DNA of 59,331 bases, counting the filler, from Rhizaria sp. SCN 62-66 (taxonomy: Eukaryota): assembly GCA_001724265.1 (NCBI GenBank). It is 3 parts of 3 records of this genome, joined end to end, with 100 filler letters (N's around TTAATTAATTAA, not from the genome) between each part and the next. Parts side by side here need not be neighbours in the genome. Positions count along the whole stretch, not along the records: positions 19,975 to 39,755 come from MEDY01000462.1; positions 39,856 to 59,331 come from MEDY01000463.1; 1 more part is not named here. One strand, given 5' to 3'. The first letter of the stretch is position 1. The number at the start of each line of letters is the position of its first letter. The notes below the pieces were generated by a model. It searched no databases, had not been told where the DNA came from, and saw only the letters and a program-made list of their open reading frames with translations. Positions 37,001 through 50,000 of this stretch are shown here, in pieces. Made by a program: the position numbers and the translations under genes.

Positions 37001-37900
37001 CGCCGGGTCAGGCGCGGCTGCCTGCGACGCCGCCGCAGCCAAGGACGTGCTCAAGGCCGTTCGCGCACCGCTGTGGGCGCTCAACGACACTGTGCTGCTG
37101 GCGCTCGGCCACGGCACCGTGCTCGAGGCAGTCACCAAGTACGTGTAACCATAACGTTGTCGTGCCAGAACACCCTCTCTTTTTCAATGAATCCACTTGA
37201 ATCGCAACATCTATCACACATTTGTGTGCCTGCTCCAATTCTCATGCGTACTTATTTTATTTTGTTTTGTTTTCTCCTTAGGGCGCTGTACGAGGCCGGT
37301 TGCACGCCGCAGAAGCGCGGTCTGATCCTGGCCGAGATGGGGCCTGACCCCGTTGACGTTTTCAACAGCGCGCTTCCCCACGCTTCCAACAACAACAGCA
37401 ACAACAACGGTTCCAAGAACTACGGCGGCAGCAGCAGCTTCAGGAACAACAACCGCAACAACAACAACAGCAACGCTGACCACAAGCGTCCCGACGACGG
37501 CCACGACGACGCTGGCGAGGAGGAGGGCCGCATGCGGGGCAGTAAGAGCAACAACAACGCGAACAGCAACAACAGGAACAAGGAAGGTAACAGCGTCAGC
37601 AACAGCAGCATCAACAGCAGCAGCAGCAGCAGCAACAACAAAGGCCGTAGTGGCAAGACTGTGTTCAACGTGCACGGCAGCGAGGGCATTCTTGTCGGTG
37701 AAGGCGCTGTCCGGGCCAGTCGCACTGATCTCTGGAAGGCAAAGAAGATTGTCGAGACCGTGAGTAGCACCGATAACAGCAGCAACATCAGCAGCACCAA
37801 CAGCCTGGGCAATAGCAATAGCGCTGGTAACAGCAATAACAACCGGGGCGGCGTCAAGGGCGACAACTCCCGGCGGAGGGCCGGCGACGCAGCGTACTGA
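33216..37900 (+). CDS. RING-finger coiled-coil protein B (paralog of A), 4 exons: 33216-33243, 33378-33472, 33603-37138, 37282-37900; ~1425 aa with one in-frame TAG at 35646-35648
   Basis: The spliced product reads ESILQCVVCLEKANEPLMCTVCAHITCKGCVSGW..SCPSC..LIPA. ORFs 33711-35648 and 35691-37148 are in frame across a single TAG. Intron 37139-37281 joins to the Asn/Ser-rich last exon. Stop is TGA. Confidence 0.78.
33999..34058 (+). repeat. (GAC)n tract encoding poly-Asp
   Basis: Directly visible inside RING protein B. Confidence 0.95.
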
Positions 37901-39755
37901 GGCTACAGTGCCGATATCCCGCTACAGTGTGACGTAACAGTGTGACGCACACTCGTGAACGGTGGACATGACCGCTGCGCTGGGAAGAGAAACTACTCTG
38001 TTGCTTCGCTTGAGAATTTGACTGTTATGAAGCGATATTTTTGTTCGAATGATGCTCGAGTAAAACATGGACATTAAATAATGTTGAAAACATGTTGTGT
38101 CATATTTGTTTGTGCTTGAATCAAGATGGACTACAAACGAGTACTAGGCTGGTGGATGCCTTGCTCGTTCAAAGCTGTCGACTCAGCGAAGCATGCACTA
38201 GTCAGCGGTCAACGAATTTGCCTTTAATGTTACGTCTTTCTGTTTCGGACTTGCATTAGAGACCTGAGATTCGCGAACTGTTGCTCGTCTATCATGTCGT
38301 TCCCATCTAGACATTTGCTTCCCGTATGACATTCTCTTCGCAGTTTTAATATCTTAACTCGATTGTTTCGTCATAGCCTTAATCAAGGGTGTGTACGAAC
38401 TAACTGAGTCCTCCAAACGTTGCTGTGTCGTGCTCGTATTGACACGGTTTCACGAGTCCTTTGTCAACTAGTATCTTCTCTGACGGCGGACATCCCATCT
38501 TGTGTCCAACCGCGACCAATATGATCTTCAACAGCCAACCGTCTCTCAAATAATCACTCACCAGCTCCTCGTTTCTAGTTTGCTTGCTCTCTGTGTCAGT
38601 AAAATGTGTGTCATTTTCGTATCGAATATTAGTCTTTCGCCAACTCGTCTTTTGTGTTTGTGAAATGAGCGTAATTCGAGCTGAAAACATGACTCCTACT
38701 CCACAAAGCGGCGACGCCGAGTCTCGGTTGCAGTGTAATTACATTTGTGTGACTGTAACAATCTCTCACTCGAGAGACACCGTTTGTTTTGAAAACGCAT
38801 CGTCCTAAGCACCACAACTATCGCGATGAGTGGCGCACGAAATCGTAACGAATTTTGCCTCTGCTCGAGTGTGAGGAGGCAAAGTGCAAAGTGTCACTCT
38901 TGATAGGAAACGTGTGTGATGATGTCGTACGGTGCAATTTTGCGAACTCAACATGCGTAATTTGTTTGTTTGTTTTTAGCTATAGCAACCGTTTTTATTT
39001 TATTGAACAATGTTCAAAGCTTTTTAAGAGCAACCCTAGTAATGTAATGCCTTATGCTTATCATTTTATTCTATGATTTCCCTGCTTGTCTCTCTGTCCT
39101 TGTCTCGTTTGTCTAAATGTTTATTTCCAGTGTATGTATTTTCTTTTTATTTATTGGTACTGTTGATCTGAGTACGCCAATGCTATCAGGTGTATGGCCA
39201 ACATGTGCTAGTCATGTTTACGTTATGCTGCACCAAGCATCTATTGTGCACTAGTGCTACAGCTTTTGGCTTGTTTAAACGACTAAGCTCGCAACTTGCA
39301 GGAACTTCCCAATGGTACCAATGAACGCAAAGAATTTGAAATCCATTTTTATTTTATTTTTTTGTCTGTCCTCTTCTTTTTCCTCACATGTGTGTCCTGA
39401 CTCCGCTTCTTGTGTACTGCGGTTACCGTTGGTTTTCGTTACTGTTTACTTCAACAAACCGCGTCCATGCAGAGTGTTTCGTGTCCCTTGCATTTTATTT
39501 TTTGCTGAACTGTGTCGTTGTTCAAACAACCTTGAAGCTCGTTTGACGTGCACCAACGTTGTCTGTCATGATTGCGCACATGTTTCAATGTTCTCCTTGT
39601 ACTTTGCTGTTTCTCATTTCATTGACACTGCAATCGACCACAACAAAAATGAAACTTACATGTACCCCCGATGTAGAGGTTTATGAAAAAACGTGTTTTC
39701 CGCGATTTTCGCGCCTTGGTGCGCACTTTTCTATTTCACTACGAGCGAAATAGTC

Positions 39756-39855
39756 NNNNNNNNNNNNNNNNNNNNNNNNNNNNNNNNNNNNNNNNNNNNT
39801 TAATTAATTAANNNNNNNNNNNNNNNNNNNNNNNNNNNNNNNNNNNNNNNNNNNN
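39756..39855. other. Artificial contig-joining linker (44 N + TTAATTAATTAA + 44 N)
   Basis: Same 100-bp structure as 19875-19974. Confidence 0.98.
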
Positions 39856-40176
39856 GGGAACGACGGGGAGGACGATGGCGCCGGAGATGCGGGCATCCTT
39901 GTTGACGTCGTAGTTCTTGAGGCCGAACTGGAGCTCGATGGTCTCAAGGAAGTTACGCTTCTTGTCGGTGGAAGCCTTAAGGACGGCGTCGATGGCGTCG
40001 CTAAGGAGATCGCTGGAAATCTTGCTGTGCAAAGTGCGAAAAAAACAAACCCAACCAGGAGCAGACGGGAAGGCAAAACGAAGGTGAGAATTTGTCCATC
40101 GCAGTACGCGCGCAAATCACGCCAAACACAAACGGGAATAACATACAAATAATTAAGAACGAGACACGTACCTCAT
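39856..40176 (-). CDS. RPL10A: 60S ribosomal protein L10a (uL1), 5' part; exon 1 40176-40172 (ATGAG), intron 40171-40025, exon 2 from 40024, truncated by contig end
   Basis: The spliced product is MSKISSDLLSDAIDAVLKASTDKKRNFLETIELQFGLKNYDVNKDARISGAIVLPVVP, a typical eukaryotic uL1 N-terminus. Confidence 0.95.
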
Positions 40177-40886
40177 TGCTGCTTTGGAAGTGCTGCTATG
40201 CTGCCATTAGACGCAAACAATCGATCCTCAGATCACCCCCAGGCCCTCGGACGGTCCCGCAATTGGACCGCAGAGACGACGCTCACGGTCACTTTTATTT
40301 AGACATATTTTTTCGGAACCACGATGACTGTGAGCACAAAAATGCCTTTTGACCGTAATGTCACCATCATACATTTGTATATTTATCAATAAGCACTTAT
40401 TTTAATTATGACAGAACAAATTCTTGTATAAACTATTTATTTATCTTCAAAGAGTGTGACCTTGCATGTGAATAACACCAAGTTAATATGGTTTCGCCAC
40501 TAACGGATTTGCATCCGCTTCAGAGGCAAACAGAGCCAATTCGGAGAATATTGGCAGATGAGCGATAAAAAAACTCGTTTATAAGATAAGCGCACTAATT
40601 TCATACACTATGTACGTGTTTATAGATGCGATGACCGAACTGGTCTTGCGTTGATGACATGAAACGTCCAGAGTAATTGAAAAGAGAGCTTGTATTTGTG
40701 ACAGAATAGTCACGATGATCGGTTAGTAAACCAAACAAATAACGGAAAATATCAAAATAGAAAGATGTAAACAAATCAAGTTAAATTAATGTTGCACTTG
40801 TTACACCAGGGGAAAGCACTAAATATTCATTAGGCAGAGAAATTAAACATAAGATTTGGATGGGGGATAGTCTTTAGGTAACCATT

Positions 40887-40908
40887 TGTGTGTGTGTGTG
40901 TGTGTGTG
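40887..40908. repeat. (TG)11 microsatellite
   Basis: Directly visible in the intergenic region. Confidence 0.95.
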
Positions 40909-41017
40909 TTCATAATCATTGCTTCACTTAAATTACGTCAAACGCGCTGTTGCGCATTCACTAGATATCGCTAGCAAACAGCGCCCACTGATCTTCGCAG
41001 CATGCGCGTGATAATAA

Positions 41018-44000
41018 TCAATTATCGTCGTCGTCATCGTCTAAGTATGTTGTGAACGCGACCATTTGCGGCGAGCCACGACCTTGGGTCTTCTGCGGCG
41101 CAGCGCCCGCCAAAAACATGACTCCCTTCGCAGTCACGGTGCCTACTGATGCCGGCGGTGCCGGTGCAAGTGCAGGTGCAGGTGTCGCATCGCCAGCGCC
41201 ACCTTGAGTGCGATTGAAACTCTCGGCGTCAGCGTCAGCGTCAGCTTCAGCGTCGGCGTCGAGTAGCAGTGGCGAGAGAACGACGGTGCGCACGCTCTCA
41301 CCAACGCTGATGGTGCTATTGTTGTCGCTGATGCTGTTGCTGCGGCTGTTGCTGCTGTGGAACATGCGCGGGTGCGGCTGCACGGGCGCGCGCGAGACGG
41401 GCAGGGGTGACAGCGAAAGCGGCCCCGTGTCCGCGCCAGACGCCGTGGTGAAGACCACTGAAGCAACGGCCGGGGGCGGAACGGAGGGTGCGGCCACGAT
41501 CGCGCCCACAGTCAATCTCGCGCTCGTGGTGACTGCAGCAGGCACAGGTAGGGACATTGGCAGGACCGGTGCGAACAATTGCACCTGCGTCTGCGTCTGC
41601 GTCTGCGTCTGCGCTGACTGCGACTGCACGTGCGAGTTTAAGCGCAGGTGCGACTGCGCGCGCGAGCCCATCGGGGAGTGTGACGCCGAGCCCGACTGCG
41701 ACTGTGTCTCTGGCAGCAATTGTGGCAGCGACTGAGAGACGGGCACCAAGTCATGGGAGGAGCCTAAGGCTGAGGCCGAGCCTGCTGAGCTGAAGTGCGG
41801 CATGGAGGCCACGCTTTGCGAGCCCGTGACTGCGACATGAGCTAACTCAGTAACGGGCATTGACGCGGGAGCTGTTGTTGCCGTCGAGCCTTCACTCTCG
41901 ACAGAGCCGGAGCTGTGGCCCGTGCCGCTGGGGGAGGCGGCCAGCGTCGCGGTCGCAGGTACAGCGTTATAGGTGCCTGCGGAAGGATACATCGCACTGC
42001 CGCTGTTGCTATGGCTGCTGCCGTTGAGGTGATATGGAGTTGCCTTGGCGGGGCCTGCCAGTGTGCGAGTCGTCATTACGGGGGTGACTGAGTGCGAGTT
42101 CGTAGCAGAGTGAACAACAGGATGTGGCGGCAGCGGCGGCTGTGCGCCAGCCAGCAGCCCTGAGGTCGAGGAGGTCGACATGGTCGGCGCTGCGGCAAGC
42201 GACCGGTAGTGCATCTGCGCCGACTGCGACTGGGGCAGCGCCGTCGACCCCGCGGCCGCAGTGCTGGCCGTGCTGCCCGCAGCCGGCGTGACGGGGGCGA
42301 GCGTGGAGATGGATTGTGAGGTGGCCAGGGGCGGGTACAGCGGCGTCGCGAGCACGCCTGCGCACCCCGCAGCTCCCGCCACAACGTGACTGTGGCCAAC
42401 AAGACTGTGTCCGCCGTAGCTGTAGCCACCGGGTTGTCCATAGAGACCCGAGTACGCGACGCGAGAGGTGATTGCGGACGCAGGGCCGAGGCGCGACACG
42501 AGCGCAAAGCCTGAGGTCGGGCCAAGCGTCGATACGATCGCGGGCTCGCGATCGGGCCGCGAGCCGCCGCGGGGACTGGGCACACGCCGGGCCTGCGAGT
42601 CGACGTCGGTGCCGGGCAGCGCGGGTGCGGAGACAAAGGCCGAAGCCACGCATGTGACGGTGTTTGTCGACATGATGTCATCGCGGTCACGGTCGGGGTA
42701 GGCGTCAGCCTCGCCTTGGGCGATAACATCTGCGTCGTGCTCCATGTCGGGGGAAGGAGATAAAATGGGACCGAGCAAGCTATGACCAAGACTGAGACCG
42801 ATTCCATGAGCGGGGCCTTGAGCATGATCTTGAGGCTGTACCAACCCAAGTTGCACGTCTCCATCCTGTTCCAGGCAATGCGCCAGTTCTTGTGCTTCAG
42901 CAGTCGCCAGCGCGTTCACACAATGACGAGCACCATCACCATCACCTGCACCCGCAGCAGCAGAGCCTATGTCGACACCTTCAGTCATGACAGCGGTGTT
43001 GCCAGCTGTTATGCTTCTTGTAGCGGTGAAATTGACCGTCATTCCTGCAGCAGCGCTGACGGCACCATCACGCGGAGTCGAACTGTCGTGCACGCCAATG
43101 GCGGGCGACAAATTCGTCACTTCATCATTCGTCGCTTCAGCTACCGGGGACAGCGACAGCGTCGGTGCGACAGCAGGAACGGATCCGTGCTGACTGCTAC
43201 CACTGGGGGTACTGTTGCCATCAGAGTAGTACTGATCGTTAGCAGTGATGTTGTAGCCGTGCTCTATAGCGACATGATTAAACATGACGCCACGCTGCTG
43301 TTGCTGCTGTTGCAGCACTTGCTGCTGTTGCGCGTACAAATTGTGCTGCCGTTCATGATGCAATGCAAAAGAGTCGGACCCAGCACCGTTGTTAACTACA
43401 GCTGCAAATGGGTGCCCCGCAGCCATAGCAGCGGCTGGGTGAGCGTGCCCCAATCTTGCACCCAGTCCGAGTCTGACACTAGGAGCAAGACTGATGCCAG
43501 GGATGCCGCTGTGTACAGGGAGTTGACCATCCTGGTTGTTGCCGACAACGTTGCTGTTGTTGTTGCGCGCATTACCAGGCCACGCCGGCGCGACATCCTG
43601 CGCCGTTGGAAACGACAGCATCGGTGCAGTGCGTGCATGTCCTTGATCCGGGGGCGCAATGTCGTGGCGTTCACCACCCGCAGCGGCTGCCACCACACGC
43701 GCAACAGGTGCAGCACGGCGCGGGAGTGGGGCGTCAGCATGGCGCTTATTGCGGCGACGGTGCTCCGCAATAGGCATCGCAGAGGCGCCCACGCCCGTGC
43801 CAGCAGTCGCGACCGCGCGCGAGACGGGGCCACCGGTGCGGCGTAGTGCGCGCGCGCCGCGCGCAGCTGCAGCGCGCGTGAGACGGCGCGCCTCTTCAAC
43901 ACATAGCGACTGCGGTAGCGAGAGCGAGGCGTGCGCAGGCATTGCCGACAGCGACAGAAGACAAGTCCCATCACACTCCGCACCGCTGTTCTTGACACCG

Positions 44001-47000
44001 GACCGCGCGCGCTCTTGAGCGAGTTGGCGCAAGATCAGCGGCAGTGGCTTAGGCAGCGCGGTGGAGTCCGCGCCTGGAAGCTTAAGCGGAACGAGCTGAG
44101 GACCCTCGGCCCCGCATACACAGAGCGCAAGCGGAAGCCGAATAGGCGGCAGCAACGCTGCCGCCGGCGTGGGCTGTCCCTCTGCCGCAAAAGCACGCGC
44201 CATCTCGAGCGAGACAAGCGGCGCGTGCGGCGACAGCGTAAGTTCGCCGAACTGCGTGATGTACAGCGGCAGCGGCTCCCACGGGCGTGCACATGCCGCG
44301 GCGGGCACGCCGTGCCGCTCGATCGCGACAAGCACGTGAGTTGCGAGCGAGAGAGAACGCGCGCGCAGTGACGTCTTGCTGGTCAGAAGTGACAACCCCG
44401 AATGAACAGCGGTCGCAGCCACACCCACTGCAGCCACAGTAGGACCTTCATGGCCCGGAAGTGGCGACGCAGTCATCCTATTGTACGGGCCCGCGTTCAA
44501 GGCAAGCTTGGTCGCGCTAGGACCAGCGCCCGTGAAGGATGACGGCGCCATACTGCCAGGTGGAGGCGAGGCGCCGAGTAGATAGTGCGCTCCGCCAGCG
44601 TTAGAGATAAAGTCTCCGTGTGCAGCGCCAAGTAGTGATCCACCAAGAGCAGCGTGATTTGGCGCAGCGGATTGGGCAGTCGGGGGCCGCCCACGCCCGT
44701 CGTAGAGCGAATCGACCGAGAATGCGCACGAACCACCTCGAGAGTTCAGCTCGTTACTTTGATTGTAGCCAAAAGCGGGAGTCTGTGAGGCGCAAGGGTC
44801 ATAATTGACAGGAAAGTTGTAGATCGCGTTGGCGTTGGCGCTGTTGGAGTTGTAATGTCCCGAGTTAAGACTCGCGAGAGCGTTGTCAACACCAAGACTG
44901 CCAACGCGCGCAAGTGCTTGCGATGGCAGCGGACACGCAGCCACAGCACCTGCAGCAGCAGCGGGGCCGATATATGGACTAAGGGGTTCTCCATCGGGCC
45001 CAACTGCATTAAAGTTCATACAAGCGTTGCCCGAGTTGGCCGCGGCCGCGGCAGCGGCGGCAGCAGCGATGGCGAGCGACGGTGTTGGACCAGGTGAAAC
45101 GACCGGGCCGCACGAGAGAGCAACTGCAATGCTGTCGGCCAGGCGTGTGCGTGTACAGGATGAGATACGAGCCACGCGGCGCTGGCCGACAGGGCAGAGC
45201 TGAGCTGTAGTTACAATAGCGGCGCCAATTGCGTAGAAAATCGGCTCCAGCACCACCATAGCGATGACAACACCACCAATCATCGCCAGAAGTGCAAACG
45301 CCGATGTTACACCAGGCACCGCGTCCGCGCCGCCGAGCTGCATGGCGCCGCTGAACGTAGCCAGGATAAGGACGACAAAAAAGACGGCTGTACAGACCCA
45401 AAGCACAACGCGCAGCGGTGCCACCTGATGCGGGGGCTTTACTACAGGAGCTGCTGCTGCAGGCGGCACGGGCGGGTCACTGGAGCGTTGACAGACGCCA
45501 AAAAAGCAGTTAGCGCGTGCGCGCCGCGCAGGCGCGGTGTAAGAAGCAACGAGACTGTCCTGCAACGGTGCCAGAGCCACGTGCTCGCGCAACAGCGCGG
45601 CTAGATACACTTCGGCGCGTGCAGGCCCGCTCAACGCGGCCTCGGCACTAGAGGCCGCGGTGATCATGCCAACAGCGTCAGTTGCGCGCAGTTTGCTACC
45701 GCGAGGCCCGATATGTGTGGCTGTGACCTTGGGATCATTGATGACAGCACTCTCAGAGTCGCACTCCGCACCAGCTGTGCCGCGCGTCGCAGTGCCGCGG
45801 GGGCTTGCGCGAGGGCTCGGCTGTGTCTGACCGCGCATCTGGGCAGGCGCAAGCGTATTTGCGCGCATATTCGGGCTGGGACTGCGGCTGGTGATGACGG
45901 GTGCAGATTGTGCAGCTGAAAGCCCAGAAGAGTGTACGTCGCTGCCATACGTCGCCAAAGATGCGCTTCCACGAGCATCAACCCTGCGCTGCACGAGCAC
46001 AGGGACTGGGATCGCGGAAGGACTCCGGCGTGCGTCAGAGTTGCGCCGGCCGCTTAGGCGAGTACTACTGTTGCCGCTCAGTCCGCTGGCGTGGCCTGTG
46101 TCGCTAGTGCCTGTGCTGGAGTGAATTGTCAGCGCAGCAGGTGGATGACGCATGCGCGGCGCTGCAGTAGAGCTCTGCATCCGTGTGTCAGGCTCAGGCA
46201 AAGAATCCGTTGTATCAAACTCGGCGTCTGAGTCGGCCCATCCCGCGCCGGCAGTGGCTGTGGGGTGGGCGCTTGAGCCAGCGTCGTTCTGTGCGGCCCG
46301 AAGTAGCGCAGCGTGCTCGCGGTACAGGGCCCTTGTGAGTGCAGCTTGTTTGTTTGCATAGGCACCGGCGTCGCGATCAAATGACCGCAGCCACGCGTGC
46401 GAGGGAAGTCGCAGAAGGCGTGCAAAAGCAGAGGTTTGCGTGAGCACAGGGGCACCAGCCTGAGCGGTTTGCGCGTCGTTATCTTCGTCGTCTTCACCGG
46501 GCATGCCGTATGCGTGCGGCGCGTGTGCGTGGGCCATTGCGTACGGATATGCGCGCATGTGCGCGAGCGCAAACGACGACGGGACGATGTCACTGCCGCC
46601 GACAGCGCCGGAAGTGGCATTTGCAGCCAACGCTTCGACTGGCGGCGCGTTGTCCGAGGTGAATGCAGAGGCGAGCGTCGAACCGAAATGTGACAGGTGC
46701 GGAGCATCAGCCCCAACTTCAGACCGTACATTGCGCTGTGATTGAAACACGTGCTGCGACGCCGACGCCGCGGGTATACGTCCTCCCGTTGCTGGCTGTC
46801 CACGAGGATGCGTTTGGCCATTACCATAAGCTGGGATGGCGTCACCGTCGCCGTCACCCTCACTTTCCCTATCAGCGGCGATGTCTGCAAACATAGACCG
46901 CCTCTGCGGCCCGTTGGCAGGGCGAAGAGTAACGCGACGCACAGTTTTATTGCGGCGCGGGCGCCCAGCGTTAAGCGCGAAGCCTGAAGTCGCGCCCACG

Positions 47001-50000
47001 CCAAAGCGGAAGCCGTAGCCAGGCATCAGAGCGTCCCATGCACCCACGCTGTCAATTGACTGCGGATTGCTCATGGACTGATGCTGATGTTGTTGCGGTG
47101 CACTGCCGTTCGAGAGCACAATACCGCGCACACCGCTGTGACTGGTTGTGTGCGCTGGATTTGATGATGACAAGTTGGAACTGTTACTGTTGCGCACTGG
47201 TGGCAGGAAGGTGTCCGTGTATGTCGTCGGCAGCAACGGCGGCTGGGGCGGAGGTAACGGCGCGTCGTTGCGGCCATTGTCATTCACAGCAACTCGCGGG
47301 GATGCACGTGGCGCGCCTGCCATGTTGACCGAGCCATTCGCAGCGTTGTTGCCAAGAAAGCGACGCGGACGGTTCAGGCCACTTCCACCAAGCGCATGTA
47401 TCGGTGATGCAGATGGTGACCGACGCGGGGTGCTGCCAGCAAGGCGTGAACCCGTGTTGGGACTGCGGAAGCGTTCACGACCGCGTGTGACAACACCACT
47501 ACTACGCTTGCCACCGCGTGGCCCACGATCACTGTCGCCGTTGGATGGTGATCGGTTGGGCATGTTAGGGTTTCCAGAGCTATTCGTATTACGCGTCTGC
47601 GTAACCTTAGATGGGGCGCGCGAGCCGCGTAAAGCGCGGTGCGAAGCGCGACCCGCGCGGTGCGAGCTTTTATCAGCACCTGATTGCGCAGAATCAAACG
47701 TATCATCGTAGTCGTCATCAGCCTCTGCACTGTGTGAAATATTAGCGCCAGCAGAGCCATCGTTCCCGGCCTTGAGCGCGGCCTCAACTAGTTGCTGCGC
47801 ATGTTTCATGTCTGCAACTTCATCAGCGATGGCTTCTTCACCCCACGCAGCACCACGTGCAATGAGATCAAGGCCGGATGTAACGCCACCTTGAGGACGC
47901 AGCGCAAGCAGACGGATGGCCTCCATGCGCGTGAACACGGAGGTGAGTCCAGTGTGGTAGAGTAATGCGACTTGTTCTGCATACGTGAAAACAAAGCGTT
48001 TGAGCCTCCCTGGGTCAGCGCGTGAGTATAACCGAGCGAGCACGCACGACAAAAGCATGAAGGCCACCGCGGCGGCACAAGCCGCAACAAGGAGCACAGG
48101 CAGCGCGCCAGTGCCGTGATGCACGCGCACCCACGGAGTCGCGTCTTCCGCGACCGGCGTCTGCGTGTCTGCAACAATTTCCACCACGGTGAAATATGAG
48201 CCAAGTATATCCGCTCCATAAGGGCCGGCGAACCACAGCGCAGCACACAGCGCGCCCGTGAGCGCGGTGGTAAGCACCAGCACGCGCTCTGCCGATGTGT
48301 AGGTGTCTGTATAGTCGCGCGTGAAGACGGACATCAGCGAGTGCGAACTTCGGAGCCGTTGCTTCGTGCGGCGCCCGCAAGTTATGAGACACCAGCAGAA
48401 TTGACAACGAGCCGGCTTGGCGTGCGCGGCAGAGGCCGTCCTGGACTGTGTTGTCGCCATGATAGGAGGCGTGACGATCGAGGCAGAGGGCGGGATGTGC
48501 GTCATCTGCTCTTTGCGCGCAGGCGAGTCTGGTGCAAACGGGGTCGCCGGCGGTGCGAGGGGGCCAGGAGAAGATGCGACACCGCCTCCCCACTCACAGT
48601 CACCAGCACTTCTGCGGCCGTCGTAACAGTAGCTGTCACCATTGTGGTCGTAGTTTGCGTTATGGTTGGCATCATCGAGACTACCGTCCCGCGCTGACTG
48701 GCCCCAGTGCGTGGCTCCCCAGTGCGTGGCGGGCTGTTCGCGGCTGTGCGCAGCGCGGGATCTCTCTTCGTCTGACGGCGCGCGCATTGACACAGAGGAA
48801 CCATGCACATCTATGCGATGAGGTTGACGTTGCTGCTGCAGCTGCTGCCGCAGTTGCTGCGGCGGTGACGGCGACGCGAGAGGCCGGTCACGGCTATTGC
48901 TGGGGTCATCGCCGCCGTCACCAGACTCATGACTCGCGCTGAGCGGCGGTAAAGTGGCACCTGTCACACGTGACGTCAATGAGCGCAGACTATGCGCGTC
49001 AGTCACCGCGACCGAGGGCACAACCTGCGAGGGTCCGACGAGAGAGTTACCAACGTACGACTGAGTCGCCAATGATGGCGCATCAAGTGACGGCGCAACA
49101 GCGCTAGAGTGGCGCGAGCGTCCACCGTTGCGTTTGGCCCTGCCAGAGTTGGTCGCAGATGACGCAGATGAGAACGAGTCCACAGAAGATGCACTGGGCG
49201 CGAGCGAGTTTGTTGCATTGGCAGAGTGGGGTACGGAGTTGGCGAGCGCGGACACAATGGCAAGATTTTCACCCGCAGTCACAGGCTCTGTAGAACAGCT
49301 AGTTTTCTCCTTCGCAGCAATTTCTGCGGCTGCGACCGCAGCCACCGCAGTTGCAAGCTGCACAAAAGCATCATCGAGCGGGCCATTTGTCGGGTCTGCG
49401 GGCAGCAAAGTCCAGCGTGTTGAGAGATCGCACAATGCTTGGGTATCGAGCTTAAGATCAAGCGTAACCGTGGCTTGTAGCGGACCCACAATGGCAAGTG
49501 CAAGAAGCACGATGAGCGCGATGAGGATGATGGGCGCAGACTCAGCAAGCCAAACGAGTGACAACGTCCGCATCGTTTGCTTTGGCGGCACAGGCGCGTA
49601 GTTACGCAGGGTCATGGGTGACAGCACACCGGAGCCGACGAGGAACGAGTCCTGCGATCGTGCGCGCACAATGCCCACCGACGCCGAACCCCGGCACGCT
49701 ATCGAGATGCCAGACGGAAGCTTATCCAGCCCATAAACGCTTGCGGACACAGTCGGTGCACACGTTGCAGCTGTTGCCGGAGTCGTTGCTGTCACGGTCG
49801 TCGAGTCCGCGCTGCTTGTCGTTCTTGTTGATGTAGTGCGCGTGAAACTCGACACACGCTGCTTCTGCGTTGCGAGCGTGGACACGCGCGGACTTTGAAC
49901 GCTGATTGAGGATACAGCGACATCGCCAACATTACCACTTTCGTCATCAGTATCAGAGATACTGTTCTCATCAACATTAATCGAGTTTGTATCCACATCC

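Noticed and set aside
37901-39680. Short ORFs in the AT-rich region after RING gene B
   Set aside because: They lack coding-like codon bias, a splice model and motifs. I recognised no tRNA, rRNA, CRISPR array or transposase here or elsewhere in the window.
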